Below are positions 1 through 12,889 of a DNA stretch of 64,000 nucleotides, one piece after another. The notes beneath the pieces are model-generated. The model made no database searches, was not told where the DNA came from, and was given only the letters and a program-made list of their open reading frames with translations. Origin of the DNA: Blastocystis sp. Blastoise (taxonomy: Eukaryota; Protista; Bigyra: Opalinata). The position numbers and the translations under genes are program-made. The stretch lies in the NCBI GenBank assembly GCA_039096225.1, contig JBBPEB010000006.1, positions 1,116,001 through 1,180,000 of the forward strand. Direction: 5' to 3'. Numbering within the stretch: the stretch's first letter is position 1; every line of letters begins with the position of its first letter.

Positions 1-169
1 ACGGTCAAATTTAGATTGTCAATTTGACATGATATTTTGATTCAGGAGGTCAAAAAACCTAGGTGTACCAATTTTGAGCTCCTGAGGACGATTTTTGAGT
101 GATCGATATTTTCTTCGATCTTCTTATTATCGACTAATATTGTATCATAGTAATCAATAGGTCCTCAAA

Positions 170-1640
170 CTACTATAGTTAAAACAAAGTCTTAAAATAA
201 CGAGTTTGAGTGTCACAATTTTGAAAAATGTGAATTAAGTGGTCTTAGAGTGAGAGATTCAATATAATGACTTTTGTTTAGTAAACTAGAGATAATACTC
301 TATACTATGTCAAAAGGAGAGTCAAAATTATGATGGTCAAAGTGTATGACCAAATGACAAAATGTGTCTTAAAAAGTAAAAGAGTTTGAATATGTGTATA
401 GAATCATGTATTAAGTATATTCTATGAATAAGAGCTTTAAATAAATAGTTTAAGGTTGTCAAATTTAAAAGAATGTATAAAACATAGTCTTAAACTATGA
501 ATAAAAAATTTATAGATTTTAATTAGTGTACAGCTGTAGTAGCTCTACAACATATCAAAAGTTCAAAGAAAATAATTTTTAGAGAGTGGATGTGTGAGGT
601 GTTGTGACTATTATTTAAAATTTATTTTTACTTCAGTTTATATAAAATCGTGAATTTCGTGCACTGTAGAAAAATTGAGTCAAAAAATCAACTCTAAGGG
701 TCTTAAATTTAAAAAAATGTAAAAATGAGTGACTTAGAGGACGAGATTCAAAATAAGAGTGTTTATTCATTAAACTAGACTGTATGATCTATATTATGTT
801 AAAAGAAGGGACGAAAATGTTTTGATCAAAGTGTATGACCAAATGGTAAAGTCTTCTTAAAAAGTCTAAAGTGATGACTAATTTGTTTATAGTGTCATAT
901 AGAGTCTACTATGTAAATATTAGCTTTTAAAAATGTGTTTAAGTCTTTCAATTAGTAAAAATATGTTCAAAGAGAGTCATAAAATGAGAGTTTTAAGAAA
1001 CGAGATATTGTTCAGTATACACTAAGAGACACTCTACAACATATCAAAAATATAGCAAAAACTATTTTTAGAGAGTGGATGTGTAAAGGGTTGTGAGAGT
1101 TATTGAAAAAATATTTTTACTTCAGTTTGTGTAAAATCGTGTTTTTGGAACACTGTAGAAAAATTAACTTAAATAATCAACTCTAAGGGTCTTAATTTTA
1201 AAAAATGTGAAAATGATTGACTTAGAGGACGAGATTCAAAATTTCCCCTCACTTTCATATAACTAGAGCACACACTCTATATTATGTCAAAAGGAGGGAC
1301 GAAAATATTTTGGTCGAAGTAAATGAGCAAATGCAAAAGGTTTACGAAATGTCTTAAAGTGATGACCAATGTGTAGCTAACACTATACTGAGTATAGTAT
1401 GTAAATATTAGCTTATAAAAATGATTTCAAGTGTGTCAACTTTTCATAATGTGTCAAAAAAGGTCTTTAAGAAAGAGATTCAAAACATTTGCTTTTATTT
1501 AATAAATAGTGTGATAAACTCTATACTATATCAAAAGACTGAAGGAAATTATTTTGATACAGTGGATCTTGAATGGGTAAAGTCTCTTTAAAAGTTACTA
1601 TTTTGAGTTATTTGTGTTTAAAATCATAAGTTGAAATTAA
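170..1640. repeat. Diverged tandem array, ~489-bp higher-order unit (about 3 copies) built from ~122-bp subunits
   Basis: CTTAGAG..GAGATTCAA recurs at ~244, ~733, ~1221; CTCTACAACATATCAAAA at ~543, ~1032 and a variant at ~1520; CACTGTAGAAAAATT at ~662, ~1151. Related motifs fall every ~122 bp. Boundaries approximate. Confidence 0.85.
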
Positions 1641-2217
1641 TATAAAAATATTAACTTTTTAAATAATGTTTTAGTTGTCAAAGTGAAAATGAATGTTGAC
1701 TTTGTTATACTTAAAACTTCAAAATTCTTTTAAAAAGTATGAAAATGAGTTAAAATTATTATATTATGCTTATTTAAATGAATTTTATGAATTAAAAATA
1801 CTTGAGAGTACTTCACATTGTGACTCATTTCTGAAGTTATTGACTTTAAAAATTCACAAAATGCTTTAAACAGTTGTTTAATCATTACTAAATACAAAAT
1901 ATATTTAAAAATAATTTTTTGTGATGAATATAACTCAAAATATTGTTTTTAATTAAAAGATAATTTTTATTTGTTTTCATTTCTTATTTAAAAAGTCTAA
2001 AAAAATCTTATATCAGGAATTGAACCTGATTACAATCAATAAATAATTGTAACTCTCCATATAGAGTATAAGAAATTAATATTTAATAAATAATATATAT
2101 AATATATAATATATAATAGATAATATATAATATATAATAAATGACTCATATTAAAAACTATATATATAATATATAAGATAAAAGATAAATAAATATTCTT
2201 TATATACTCTTTATGCA

Positions 2218-2264
2218 GCCGCGGTCCGGGGCCGTTAGGCACTGGACCTGCGGCGTGACCCTAG
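2218..2264 (+). mobile_element. Helitron-like 3' terminus (GC-rich hairpin followed by CTAG, then T)
   Basis: GCCGCGGTCC-GG-G-GCC-GTTA-GGC-A-CT-GGACCTGCGGC folds as a hairpin (2218-2254), followed by GTGACC, CTAG (2261-2264) and T. It is an isolated GC-rich island in AT-rich DNA. Confidence 0.7.
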
Positions 2265-2906
2265 TTATTTATATTTGAATAATCAATACTATGATTTCTA
2301 TTATTCATATAACTCATATCATTTATACTATTTTTAGAAGAATCATGAATACTATTACCTTTAACAGAAGAGTTATTCTTATTATTTGATATATCTTTTG
2401 AATTATTTATATTTTTATCTTGAGATGAAGAAGATGAAGAATTAGAAACATTTGATTCTTTACGATGTTTATTTGAACGCATATTATTATAATCTGTAGA
2501 TATAGAATAATCTTTAATAAATAGATAAGATTCATCTGTTTCTTTATTATTTTTATCTTTATTCATATTATTTATAGCTGATCCATTTATATCAATTTTA
2601 TTTATTTTATTAGAATTTATATGTAGATTATTTAGTCTAGAACTATCTCTTTTAGATCTATATATAAAATATTTTTAGAAAATAAAAAAATTATTAATAA
2701 TTTTAGGGTAATTTATTAATTTTTTTAAGAATACCCGTATAAATAATCAAATAATAATAATAATAATAATCAAATAATAATAATAATAATATAATATATA
2801 ATAATAATAATAATATTAATAATAATTTCTATCTATATACCGTTTAATCTTTAACAGGACTTAACTAACAATTTGATGTATGAATAGACAACAAAACCTA
2901 TCATTC
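2261..2906 (-). pseudogene. Truncated or disabled low-complexity Asn/Ser-rich gene fragment
   Basis: Exon 2657->2261 has a TATAG acceptor and an open frame that stops at the CTAG. The upstream exon (~2841-2905) has an in-frame stop. Confidence 0.4.
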
Positions 2907-3385
2907 TATATAATATAAATTATAATTAATATAAATTGTATACAATTTAAAATAAGCCAATATTAAAAACATATTTATATTTAGTAATTGAAAAAAAAGT
3001 AATGAATAGAAAAAAAAATAATACATTTATATACTTTTTATAGCATGGCAAGTTGTTTCTTGAAAGCGTTGGAATAAGAACAAGGAAATAATCTAAAAGA
3101 ATTAAAAACAAAATGTAAAAAAATACCTTGTTAAACAAAAGTAGCAGCAACTCTGTTGATTAAATTTTTGAGGTTGACCAAGGAGACAGTCTGATACGAA
3201 GAGGGACTCCAGAATGGAAAACCTAAAAGAATTATGAAAATAAATATAAAATATTTAATAAATAAATACTGACACAATACATTCTTGTCTTCTAAGCATA
3301 TATAAACACTGTGAGAGGCTCTAATTCCTCTTAGAGACAATAAAATAAAAATAATTATAAATTCACTAATAAATTCAAATGTTCA

Positions 3386-4908
3386 CACTCTTGGGGAAAA
3401 CCCGATTTTTGGGAAAAAACCCGGTTTTTTTAAAGAAAAATCGTTTTTTAAGTCATTTTTTAAATCTATTTTTAAGTATATTCAACTAGTTTATGCTTTA
3501 AGACTAAATAAGAAAAGCCATATATGTTTATTTTTGTAATGTAGTTCTATACAATACATCATTTCGGTGTTAAAATTATTAATTAACAATATGGCTTCAA
3601 AATGACATACTTTAATTTCATTTGTAATTGTGAGAGATATGATTCACAGTGTTTGGGAAATAAATAAGTAAAGGTTTTATTGCATTTAATACATAGAGAG
3701 TATACGATAAATGATGACTTCGAGTCTATATTGTTCCTAAAGTAGTTGAATGTTTTTATTTTCTTCTTTCACTTCTCAATTCTCTAAAACACTCTTATAT
3801 ATCAGAAATATTTAATTATTATGTTTTTTTAGTTGAGAAACTGGAAATGTTCTTGAATGTTGTTGACATATTTTAAACGTTTTCATAATAGATGAGAATA
3901 TTTCGTTTATCATAATATAATATACTTGTATATTACTTAAATAACACATATTTATTTTGTAAACCACTTACAAATAGTTTTTTCTTATGAATGTCAACAT
4001 TTCTCATTTATACAGTGTATAGAAACTTTTGTTTCATTTATTTTTTATATATTGTTTTATCACCTTTAATATATTCTATATTTACATCATTTTGTTATAA
4101 ATAATTATTGTCAAGAGAGATAAAATATTGTTTTAAATATATCAAAAAAAACTTTTTTAAATACCTCTAATAAACCGTCAGTCACATGTTGAACTTTTTT
4201 AATATTCTAGTTAGAAATGAAACAACATAGAGATTTATAATAACAAAACAAAAAGATTTTGTGATATATTGTATATTGTTTTCTGAAGAAAATTGCAAAA
4301 TGGTTAAATTCAATAATAGCTAAGATTAATACTTTATTTATCTAAATTCTCTGCATTATCAAGTATTTATTGTAAATATATAAAGAATTTATAAATAAAT
4401 ATTTTTAAAGAAAAATTGAGAAGAAAAATAGAAAAATAGTGTTTTTTGGCAAATAGTTTAAAAGAGTCTTTAAGTTATATCTTATAATATTGCATTCACA
4501 GAGTAACTAATCTTGTCTTCTTACGTGATATTCGTACTTAAGTGTTTCAAAATAAGTAGTTACAGAGTTTTGCTTAATTGCCTTTTTCGGTATTTTATTT
4601 CTTAATTTTAAACTTGATTTTCTTATAAATATAATCATAATGATTGTCTTAATAAAACAAAGTTTATATTATATTGAAATACACATACAAAATGTTGGAC
4701 AATTGTGAGCCAAATCTTTAGAAACTTAATGTAAACTTACAAGAATCTAAACTTTGGTAGCTGACATCCTTATGATTAAAAATCATTATTATATATCAAT
4801 ATAAGCTTAGTCAATAACAAAATAATAAGCAAAACAAGATTTTTTTTCTCAGTCATTTTTTTGGAAAAACCGGGTTTTTTCCCAAAAATCGGGTTTTTCC
4901 CAAGAGTG
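3386..4908. mobile_element. Non-autonomous CMC/CACTA (EnSpm)-type DNA transposon, 1523 bp
   Basis: TIRs CACTCTTGGG(G/A)AAAACCCGATTTTTGGGAAAAAACCCGGTTTTT (~44 bp, 1 mismatch). 3-bp TSD TCA at 3383-3385 and 4909-4911. No long internal ORF. Confidence 0.9.
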
Positions 4909-5243
4909 TCAAGTGAAATACAAAATTTTTCATGAAAATACCTTTCTTTAATTTTTTTAATTTTTTATGACTCACTATCATATTTATAAGTTATGACACA
5001 TTTCACACTACACCATCTATACAATACTACTGCATCCCACACTTTTAACCTTTAAAAAAATAACTCATTTTTGTTGACTCTCTGATCTGTTGACTAACTC
5101 GTCCAAAAACTATTAATTATAACTTAAAACGTCCATTCGTTGATGAATTAACTCTAAAAATGACTTAAAAAAAGACTTTTAGTTGATTCTGAAAAAAAAC
5201 TCTTTATTTATAAGCTTTGACATACTTTTTGTATGCGGAACTT

Positions 5244-5802
5244 TGAGTCATAATAAAATTTAATGAAAAACCTTTTTTAAAACACTTGTGTCCTCTTATA
5301 TAAAATAAAATATAAATAGACTCAGTTTTGAACAAGAAAGTTATTCCCGTAAATATTTTAAAAATTGAAAACTCTGGTCTGATTACCCATGGAACAAATA
5401 GGCTCGGTTCAATTTTTCAGTGTAAAAAAAATATAAATTTTTGACTTTTTGGCTGAATTTTGGTTTTGACCCATAGAGGTCTTTTTATTCACTTTTACAC
5501 ATACTTGTGACTTTCAGAGGGTCTAAACTTTAAACAGAACAACAAGAGGTTTTAAAATATTGACCCCATTATTTGTCGGAATTACGACTTAAAATAAAAG
5601 AAAAGTATTTTTGATATTGTGTGACCCTCTGTAAATAAAAATTAATGTCAATTCTTTGTTAAAATATGTCAAATAGGGTCTTTGAGTCTAAATCAAAAGT
5701 CGTCTTAAAATTTTTGTGAAAATTTTCATTTTTTTGCCTAAGTCTTTTTTTTATTGAATTCTCATTGGCTGAATGAGTCTTGAACGAAAATTAGCCAATC
5801 AA
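5244..5802 (+). repeat. Left arm of a long (~560 bp) diverged inverted repeat
   Basis: ATTCCCGTAA..ACTCTGGTCTGA..AACAAATAGGCTCGGTT..TTTTTGGCTGAA..TTTTTGCCTAAGTC..CCAATCA matches, collinearly, the reverse complement of 9460-10016. Confidence 0.85.
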
Positions 5803-6111
5803 AAACCTTCAAAATCTCAAAAGTGCCTACCAGTGTGATACTTATAATTAATTACTCATTTCCTGTTTATCTTGCACTTTGTTGTTTGTGTTATCACTCA
5901 TATTATTATTTATTATAAGAATGCTAAGATTGCCAATAGGAATATAATAAAGAATAAATATAAATGTGTTTATAGGATAGATAATGGAAAAACTAGATTT
6001 TTTATTCATGAAAAAAACAAATTCTCCTTTATATTTCGATCAATTTCACAATTATTCAAATAAATAAAAACTTTTTTTTATTCCAGTTTTTTCTTATTGT
6101 TCTCCTTGTAA

Positions 6112-7550
6112 ATGGTGAAAGAAAAGGTGTTATTTGATATTGATAAATTCAATAGATTGAAGGAGGATATCAATGTATATGAAGAATTGATGAAGGATGT
6201 TGTTAATGTATTTGGATCAGTAATGAATTTTGGTATACATTCTGGATTTTCAATTAATAGACTTATAAAACATATTGGAGATGATTGTATTGAAAAGGAA
6301 GGTGAGAGAAATGAATTTGAAAAGAAATGTGTTTATGAAGATAAGAATAATGGTATGAATGTCAATATGGATTCTAAATATGATAATGATGTGGATTTAA
6401 TACGATTTACCAATAATGGTCCTGTATTTCAAATATCGAAATCTGTTTTAGATTCTTTAAAAGGTTCTTTTATTGAAGAACAACGTGATGAAGAATATAG
6501 AGCCAATGATGGATCTATATATCTTGATTATCCTGGAAAAGATGTTTTTATTTACTATTTATTAGATTATTTGAATGAAAAGAAAGTAGATTTTACTATT
6601 TTCTTATGAACAACAATTAGAAATATTGGAATTATTTGAATTTTGTGGATTAGTGATTCCGTTAGAATTAATAAATTGTAGAGAAAGAAGAGATACTAAG
6701 AAAAAGAAATATGAAGAAAGAAATGAAGTTTCTTTATTTATTAATGGAAATAAGAATGATAGTATTAAGGAATATTTAATAAAGAATGGATTATGGAATA
6801 ATTATGCTAAAAATTATAATAATGGCTTTATCAATTATAATCATATTGATGAAAGTTTATATATGAATAAGAAATATGAATATATAGAATATATAAATGA
6901 ATACATTAAGAATGGAACTATAGATATAGAAGAAGATAAGATAAGTGATATTAATAAAGAATTATTAGAGAAAGAAATGATTGAATTATTTGGTGAAAAA
7001 GGAAGAGAAGAAGCAAAGAAGCAATGATGGGAAAACCAACAGTATTTATAAACTCAAAAATAATTGAAAAGAAATGTTTTGAAACTCCCTTAGTGAATTG
7101 GCTTGGTAAAGAAAAGAAATGGAAATTATTATTTAGGTATATATATTTATTTATTCTTATTCTTATATATATAGAGCAAGTGAACATGAATATAAAGCAA
7201 GTGAATTCCATAAATATTGTAATAATCAAGGAGAAACAGTTACTCTAATTAAACATAAAGGTCATAATAATCATATGAATATATTTGGAGGATATGCAGA
7301 TCAAAGTTGGAATTATTCAAATGGTATATGCTTTATATTAGTTTAATTCTATTGTTTTAAATATTTTAGATATGTAGATATATTTAGTATTATATATATA
7401 TATAATTAGATAATTCTATTGTTTTATATTTATATATAGATATTTTTATTTTTTTATATTATATATTATATATATAGATAATTCAAATTGTTTTATATTT
7501 ACTTTAAGTAATGAACATAATATTCCTCCTACTCGTTATAATTATCAAAA

Positions 7551-7591
<41 letters not shown>

Positions 7592-8078
7592 TTTTATTTA
7601 GTAAGATATATCAAAAATTCTTATTATTGATAATTAGTATTATCTCAATATAATATATAATTAATATTAAATATATTAATTATATATATTTGTTATTATT
7701 ATTAATATATAGAACTATTTGGAAGCGTTCTAATTCTATAAATCCCTTCAATACCATTACTGGTCCTTCTTTTGGTTCCGATATATATATATCAAATAAT
7801 TGTCATGAAGAATCAACTTCTTATTGTAAAGCATCAAATTATACAGTAAATCAAACAAATCAGAAGAACTCCTTATTTGTGAATACTGATTCTTCAAAAT
7901 CAATTAATTATTTTATTGTTGAAGATTATGAAGTATGGAGATTATGCGATGATAGAGTATATATTAATTATTGTATTATTTATTTTATTATTTGCTTTAT
8001 TATTTATTTTATTATTTATTTTATTAATTTTTTAATTATTAACTATTCTATTATGTATTTTTAGAATAAAGTCTCTAA
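6112..8078 (+). pseudogene. BTB/POZ-like + TLDc domain protein with two frameshifts (~6600, ~7020); pseudogene or sequencing indels
   Basis: BTB-like segment FQISKSVLDSLKGS...IYLDY...LLDYLN...LELFEFCGL. Spliced TLDc motifs KWKLLFR|ASEHEYKASEFHKYCNNQGETVTLIK...IFGGY, CFIFTLSN, GPSFG..D..I, F.VEDYEVW. Confidence 0.85.
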
Positions 8079-8214
8079 TCATCCACTTAATAGCCTTAAC
8101 TTCATAAATTCTAGTATATTATTTATATGTTTTATTAGAGAGAAATCACAATTTCTATTATATGTATAATCATTCTTTTTCTATAGATAGAAATGTTTAT
8201 ATCCCGAGAAGTGT

Positions 8215-8420
8215 AAATTATTATAATTATAATAATTATTATAATAATTATAATAATTATAATAATTATAATTATAATATTGATGATAATTCTAATGACG
8301 ATGACGATGATGATGATAATGATAATAATAATAATAAGAATAAGAATAATAATAATAATTATTATAATTATAATGATGATGATGATTATTATAATGATGA
8401 TGATTATTATTATTATAACA
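8215..8420. repeat. (AAT)/(GAT)/(TAT) low-complexity microsatellite tract
   Basis: Seen directly; it explains the spurious poly-N/D/Y and poly-I/M ORFs. Confidence 0.8.
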
Positions 8421-8845
8421 ATTGAAATATATCAAGTGATGACAGTTGACCTTGGTCGCCTGAATCTTAATATATATATATATAAGTTGTTAATCACTAT
8501 TTCTTATATTATTAATATATATAATTAATCATTATTTCATAAATTATTAATATATATATATATATATTTAATTATTTATGCTTTTTATATACTATTTTTT
8601 CTTACTACATTATTATATTTATACTTATATCAAATTATTTTTTATTCAGTTATTCCTTCTATAAATATTTTTTTATTGTTTTTTTTATATATATTTTTGA
8701 TTTTATATATAATTCTCCTATTTTTTTACATATTTACATGTTTTCTATTTTTATTATATAATTTATGTACATTTGCAAATTTTATTAAAATATGTTTATT
8801 ACTCTTTTAAAAGTTTATATTCAAAACACCATGTTATATAAATAG

Positions 8846-8893
<48 letters not shown>

Positions 8894-9459
8894 TTCTTTT
8901 TTTTAAACGTTCCTCATTGATTATTGTTGCATTCTCGTATTTATTTTTATATTGTTTTTGATATGTCTATATATATTCATCATCATAAGCACTAATTATA
9001 TATTTTTTATAAACAATTAGAATTCAGGTAAATTCAGATTTAGTCTGAAAATTGTGGTAATGCCTCTTTATCTTATTTTTCTCATATTCATTCGTGAGAA
9101 CGAAAATAATGAATTCAAGTAGTATCATGGTTTTTATTATGTCGAGTTGCCATTTATATATTGCAAATTATACACAATTCTATAATCATTTAGGTGAAAT
9201 ATGGAAATAAACCATCTATTTTGTGATTCTTAAATAGAGTATCTCATATTGAGCAATAAAAGAACTAAATAGTACTTAAAAATAACTATAATAATCAACA
9301 ATTGTGATTGTTACAGAAATATTGTCATGAAAAATAAATGAAGAATGTTTACAGCCATTAAATAATATAAAATCAATGTATAAAAACTATGAAAGAGAAC
9401 ACCAAGATTATAATTGGCATAAAATGATCACTATCAGCGATATTTTAATTATTAAATGT

Positions 9460-10016
9460 ATCTGATTGGTTGATTTTGGTTCAAAACTTGTTCCACCAAT
9501 GGAATGAGATTTACTTCAGCGACTTAGGCAAAAATCGTGAATTTTGACAAAATTTTGACACTTTTTTTCAGTTTAGTTTTTCTTAGGTATAAAAAACCAT
9601 ATTAGACATATTTTATTAAAAAATTGACATTATTTTCTCGTCTTAGAATGTCACATAATATCAAAAACGTTTTTAGTTTGTTTTAAGTCGAAATTTGGTT
9701 AATTCATCGGGTCCATATTATAAAGTTTTTTATAGTTGTGTTTGGAGTAAAAGATTTTTAAGAGTCATATATACGAATAAAAATTAATAAAATGGCCGCT
9801 ATGGCTCAAAACCAAATTTCAGCCAAAAATTCAAATTTTGTTATTTTTTTTTCAGTGAAAAAAAATAACCGAGCCTATTTGTTTGATGGACAGTCAGACC
9901 AGAGTCTTAAATTTTTGAAATACTTACGGGAATGTTTTTCCCATTCAAAACTTGGTCTATTTCTATTTTTGAATTAAAACATGTCTAAATATAATTGAAA
10001 ATTGTTTTAAGACTCA
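9460..10016 (-). repeat. Right arm of the long inverted repeat (pairs with 5244-5802)
   Basis: TGATTGG..GACTTAGGCAAAAA..TTCAGCCAAAAA..AACCGAGCCTATTTGTT..TCAGACCAGAGT..TTACGGGAAT..GACTCA. Confidence 0.85.
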
Positions 10017-10898
10017 TTTCATATCAGATATGAGTATATGAGCCACAAGACACCCTTAATGATGCGTCAATAGAATATTTTGCATCAGATTCAAATATTT
10101 GTTTGTGTGTTGATTTCACAATTGTATCATAGCATAATCACCCTAAATTATATGCTATAAACATTATAGTTGCCCAAATTATTTCATATCGATTTTGAGT
10201 AAATCAATATAATTTGTTAGTTTTTATTTAAAAGTAAGAAGACACAACTAATTTTTATTCTATATGACGAACAGCTTGTAACATTTGAATTAGGTCAATG
10301 AATGATTAAAAAACGAAGAAAAATTTTTTTGTAAAAAACAGCGAGTTTTCTTCGTTTTTTTTAAACGAAGAATTTTTATTATAATTATTGTTAACAAAAT
10401 GTCATAATTTATTTTAAATTGATAAATGTGTTTGATTATTATAGATATAATTGCTACACGTATTACTTTATAATCTTATAGATTTTTTTATATGTTGTTG
10501 TTAATCTGTTGTCTTTTTAGTTTTTCCTTTCGATGTTTACAGTTGTTAATGAAGTTATGCCTTTCAATAATGGTTTTGGATATTTATTAGAGTATTTAAG
10601 AAGTTATGCTGCCACAATTCTTTTGTGAATTAACTACATCGGTTAAGTTTTATGATTGTTACTATTGTCTACGGCTTGTCTAATCATATTAAACAAGAAC
10701 AGAATATGTTTTTGTGCAAAAATTAAATTCATGTTTTGTTCTGATTTAGATTACATACTTTTCTGTATTTATTCATTTATTTAACTTTACTAAAAATCAT
10801 TGTATAGTAATTATTATATATATATATTATATAATAGATGTCTATCATTATTATACTTATTATTATACTTATTATTATTGTCATCATTATCTTCTTTA

Positions 10899-11191
10899 TC
10901 TAGTTATTACTCCTGCTATCCTCCTACTACAGTCACTTGTTTACATTGTTTATTAATGATGACTTCTATGAGACGTTATCTCTTTGTTAAACCTGAATCT
11001 CGTTTAGAATTCTTAAAATTATTAATTGAAGAGGTTTTTGAACAATTAACTCGTAGTCATGCATTTGATGATAAAGATACTTATCATATGTTCTGTCAAT
11101 TATTATGAAAACTTAAAGTATATAGATATATTTATTATTATTATTATTAATGTATTATATGAATTCTATATACGAATATATTATACTATAA

Positions 11192-11238
<47 letters not shown>

Positions 11239-12584
11239 CTATTTCTTTAGGCTAATTTCCAGTTATCAGAACTTTTCAGAACTCCACGATATAGTGAATT
11301 TATTCGTCTTTTAACAAATTTTACTATTGATTCCTTTAAGAATTGGCAATGGTGTAGTAATTCTTTTAGTTATTTACTTACTTTATGGAGTTGACTGATT
11401 TGTGCTGAACGTTATGTTCAGATCGGTTCAGATATTGATAATACAAGTTGTTTTAATGAATCTGTTCATCAATTAATACAAGCATATATTAATGGTAAAA
11501 TGGAAAGTGTAGATGATTATGTTGATGATGATATGAATAACCCTCTTAGTGATACAGAAAGCTTAGCCATAGAAATGCAACAATTACCTCAAATAGTCAG
11601 ATATTTTTTTAAGTGAATACTACATATATATGTAACTGCTTTGATCCTCTTAATGAAGAATATAATGTATATAGTATTATTATAATAATCTCTTTTTTTG
11701 TTTATATTTGCATTTAAATATACGTTTATATTTATATTCATTATTATATTTATTACTTCTATTCTCGTGTATTTCTAGACCCTTCTTTATCAATTTTCTA
11801 AAGTATGAGTAAATACTACAGATTATCAAGAATTGGCGAATAAAACAATTATTGAGCAATATATATATTCTTAAACAATTATTTATAGGCTGTCTTTCGT
11901 GGTTTTGTAATACTGTTGTTACTGTTTTTATTAATCAAGTATTCAGCAAACACAGGTTCAAAATAACTATCATTAATAGGTACAGAAGTTATTCAACTTA
12001 AACATAATGCTAGTTATTGACTTAACGTAAATATATATAAACTATATTATAATATGTTATTATATATTATTATATATATTATTATATATTATTACATTTG
12101 TTTTTGCTTTCGTTTTTACAGTATATATATATATGTATAAATATATATATATAGAATTGATTTAGTAGGATTAATTCCAACATGGAATTATCATTAAATT
12201 TTCTTTGAACAATTCAGAAATATAGATATATATATGAGAATAAGAAGCGTCTTCCTGATGATACCTTTCTTGATATGAATTCCTCTCGAAAAGAGCAATT
12301 ATATATATTTATTGGCTATGTATTAATAGATAGAAATTAAATATATATATAAATAATTTATCAATATTGCATTGATGATTTATCTTATTTTTTGTCTAGA
12401 TGTAAGAAGAGTAATATATTAAATCACTTAATCGATGTAATTTTGAATAACCTTCGTTATTGGGAAGATAATACAGTGATTATTAAAAATTGCTTAGATA
12501 TATTCCTTAATCTCTGTAATGATCATGCCTGCTCTCAATTACTATTAGATATATCAACTACTCAATATCCACTTGAAACATATA

Positions 12585-12620
<36 letters not shown>

Positions 12621-12700
12621 TTATTATTACAAGCGTTACACAGAAATATTTATTTACATTCTATAGATTCTGCTTTTCATAATTTTATTTCTCACTTCTA
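10899..12700 (+). pseudogene. XPO7: Exportin-7 (RanBP16/17) pseudogene, internal fragment
   Basis: Spliced translation CLHCLLMMTSMRRYLF...YHMFCQLL*KLK|ANFQLSEL...FTIDSFKNWQWCSNSFSYLLTLWS*L and ILNNLRYW...LDIFLNL match exportin-7 motifs. In-frame TGA codons at ~11106 and ~11393. Degraded upstream remnants may extend to ~10400. Confidence 0.85.
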
Positions 12701-12889
12701 GATTTTATGATATTATAATAAGAATAAAAAGAATCATGTAAAGAAAATAATAAGAATATAAGTATGAGTGCCTTATAGGTACTAATTATAATAATAATAT
12801 ATTATCTTATAATAATGATAAGAATTATATTAATGTTATAACTAAGAAGAATAATATGAATGATGAAATTAACTTTTTTGGCGATAATA

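Noticed and set aside
8436-8463. C/D-box snoRNA (GTGATGA...CTGA)
   Set aside because: The boxes are under 30 nt apart, with no terminal stem or recognisable guide.
9792-9977. 61-aa ORF (also 41539-41730 and 2036-2242)
   Set aside because: These lie within or across repeat arms and element termini and are chance frames.
11100-11400. TGA read-through or alternative genetic code in XPO7
   Set aside because: Intact genes here use TGG for Trp and TGA as a stop. The TGAs fall in a fragment with other lesions.
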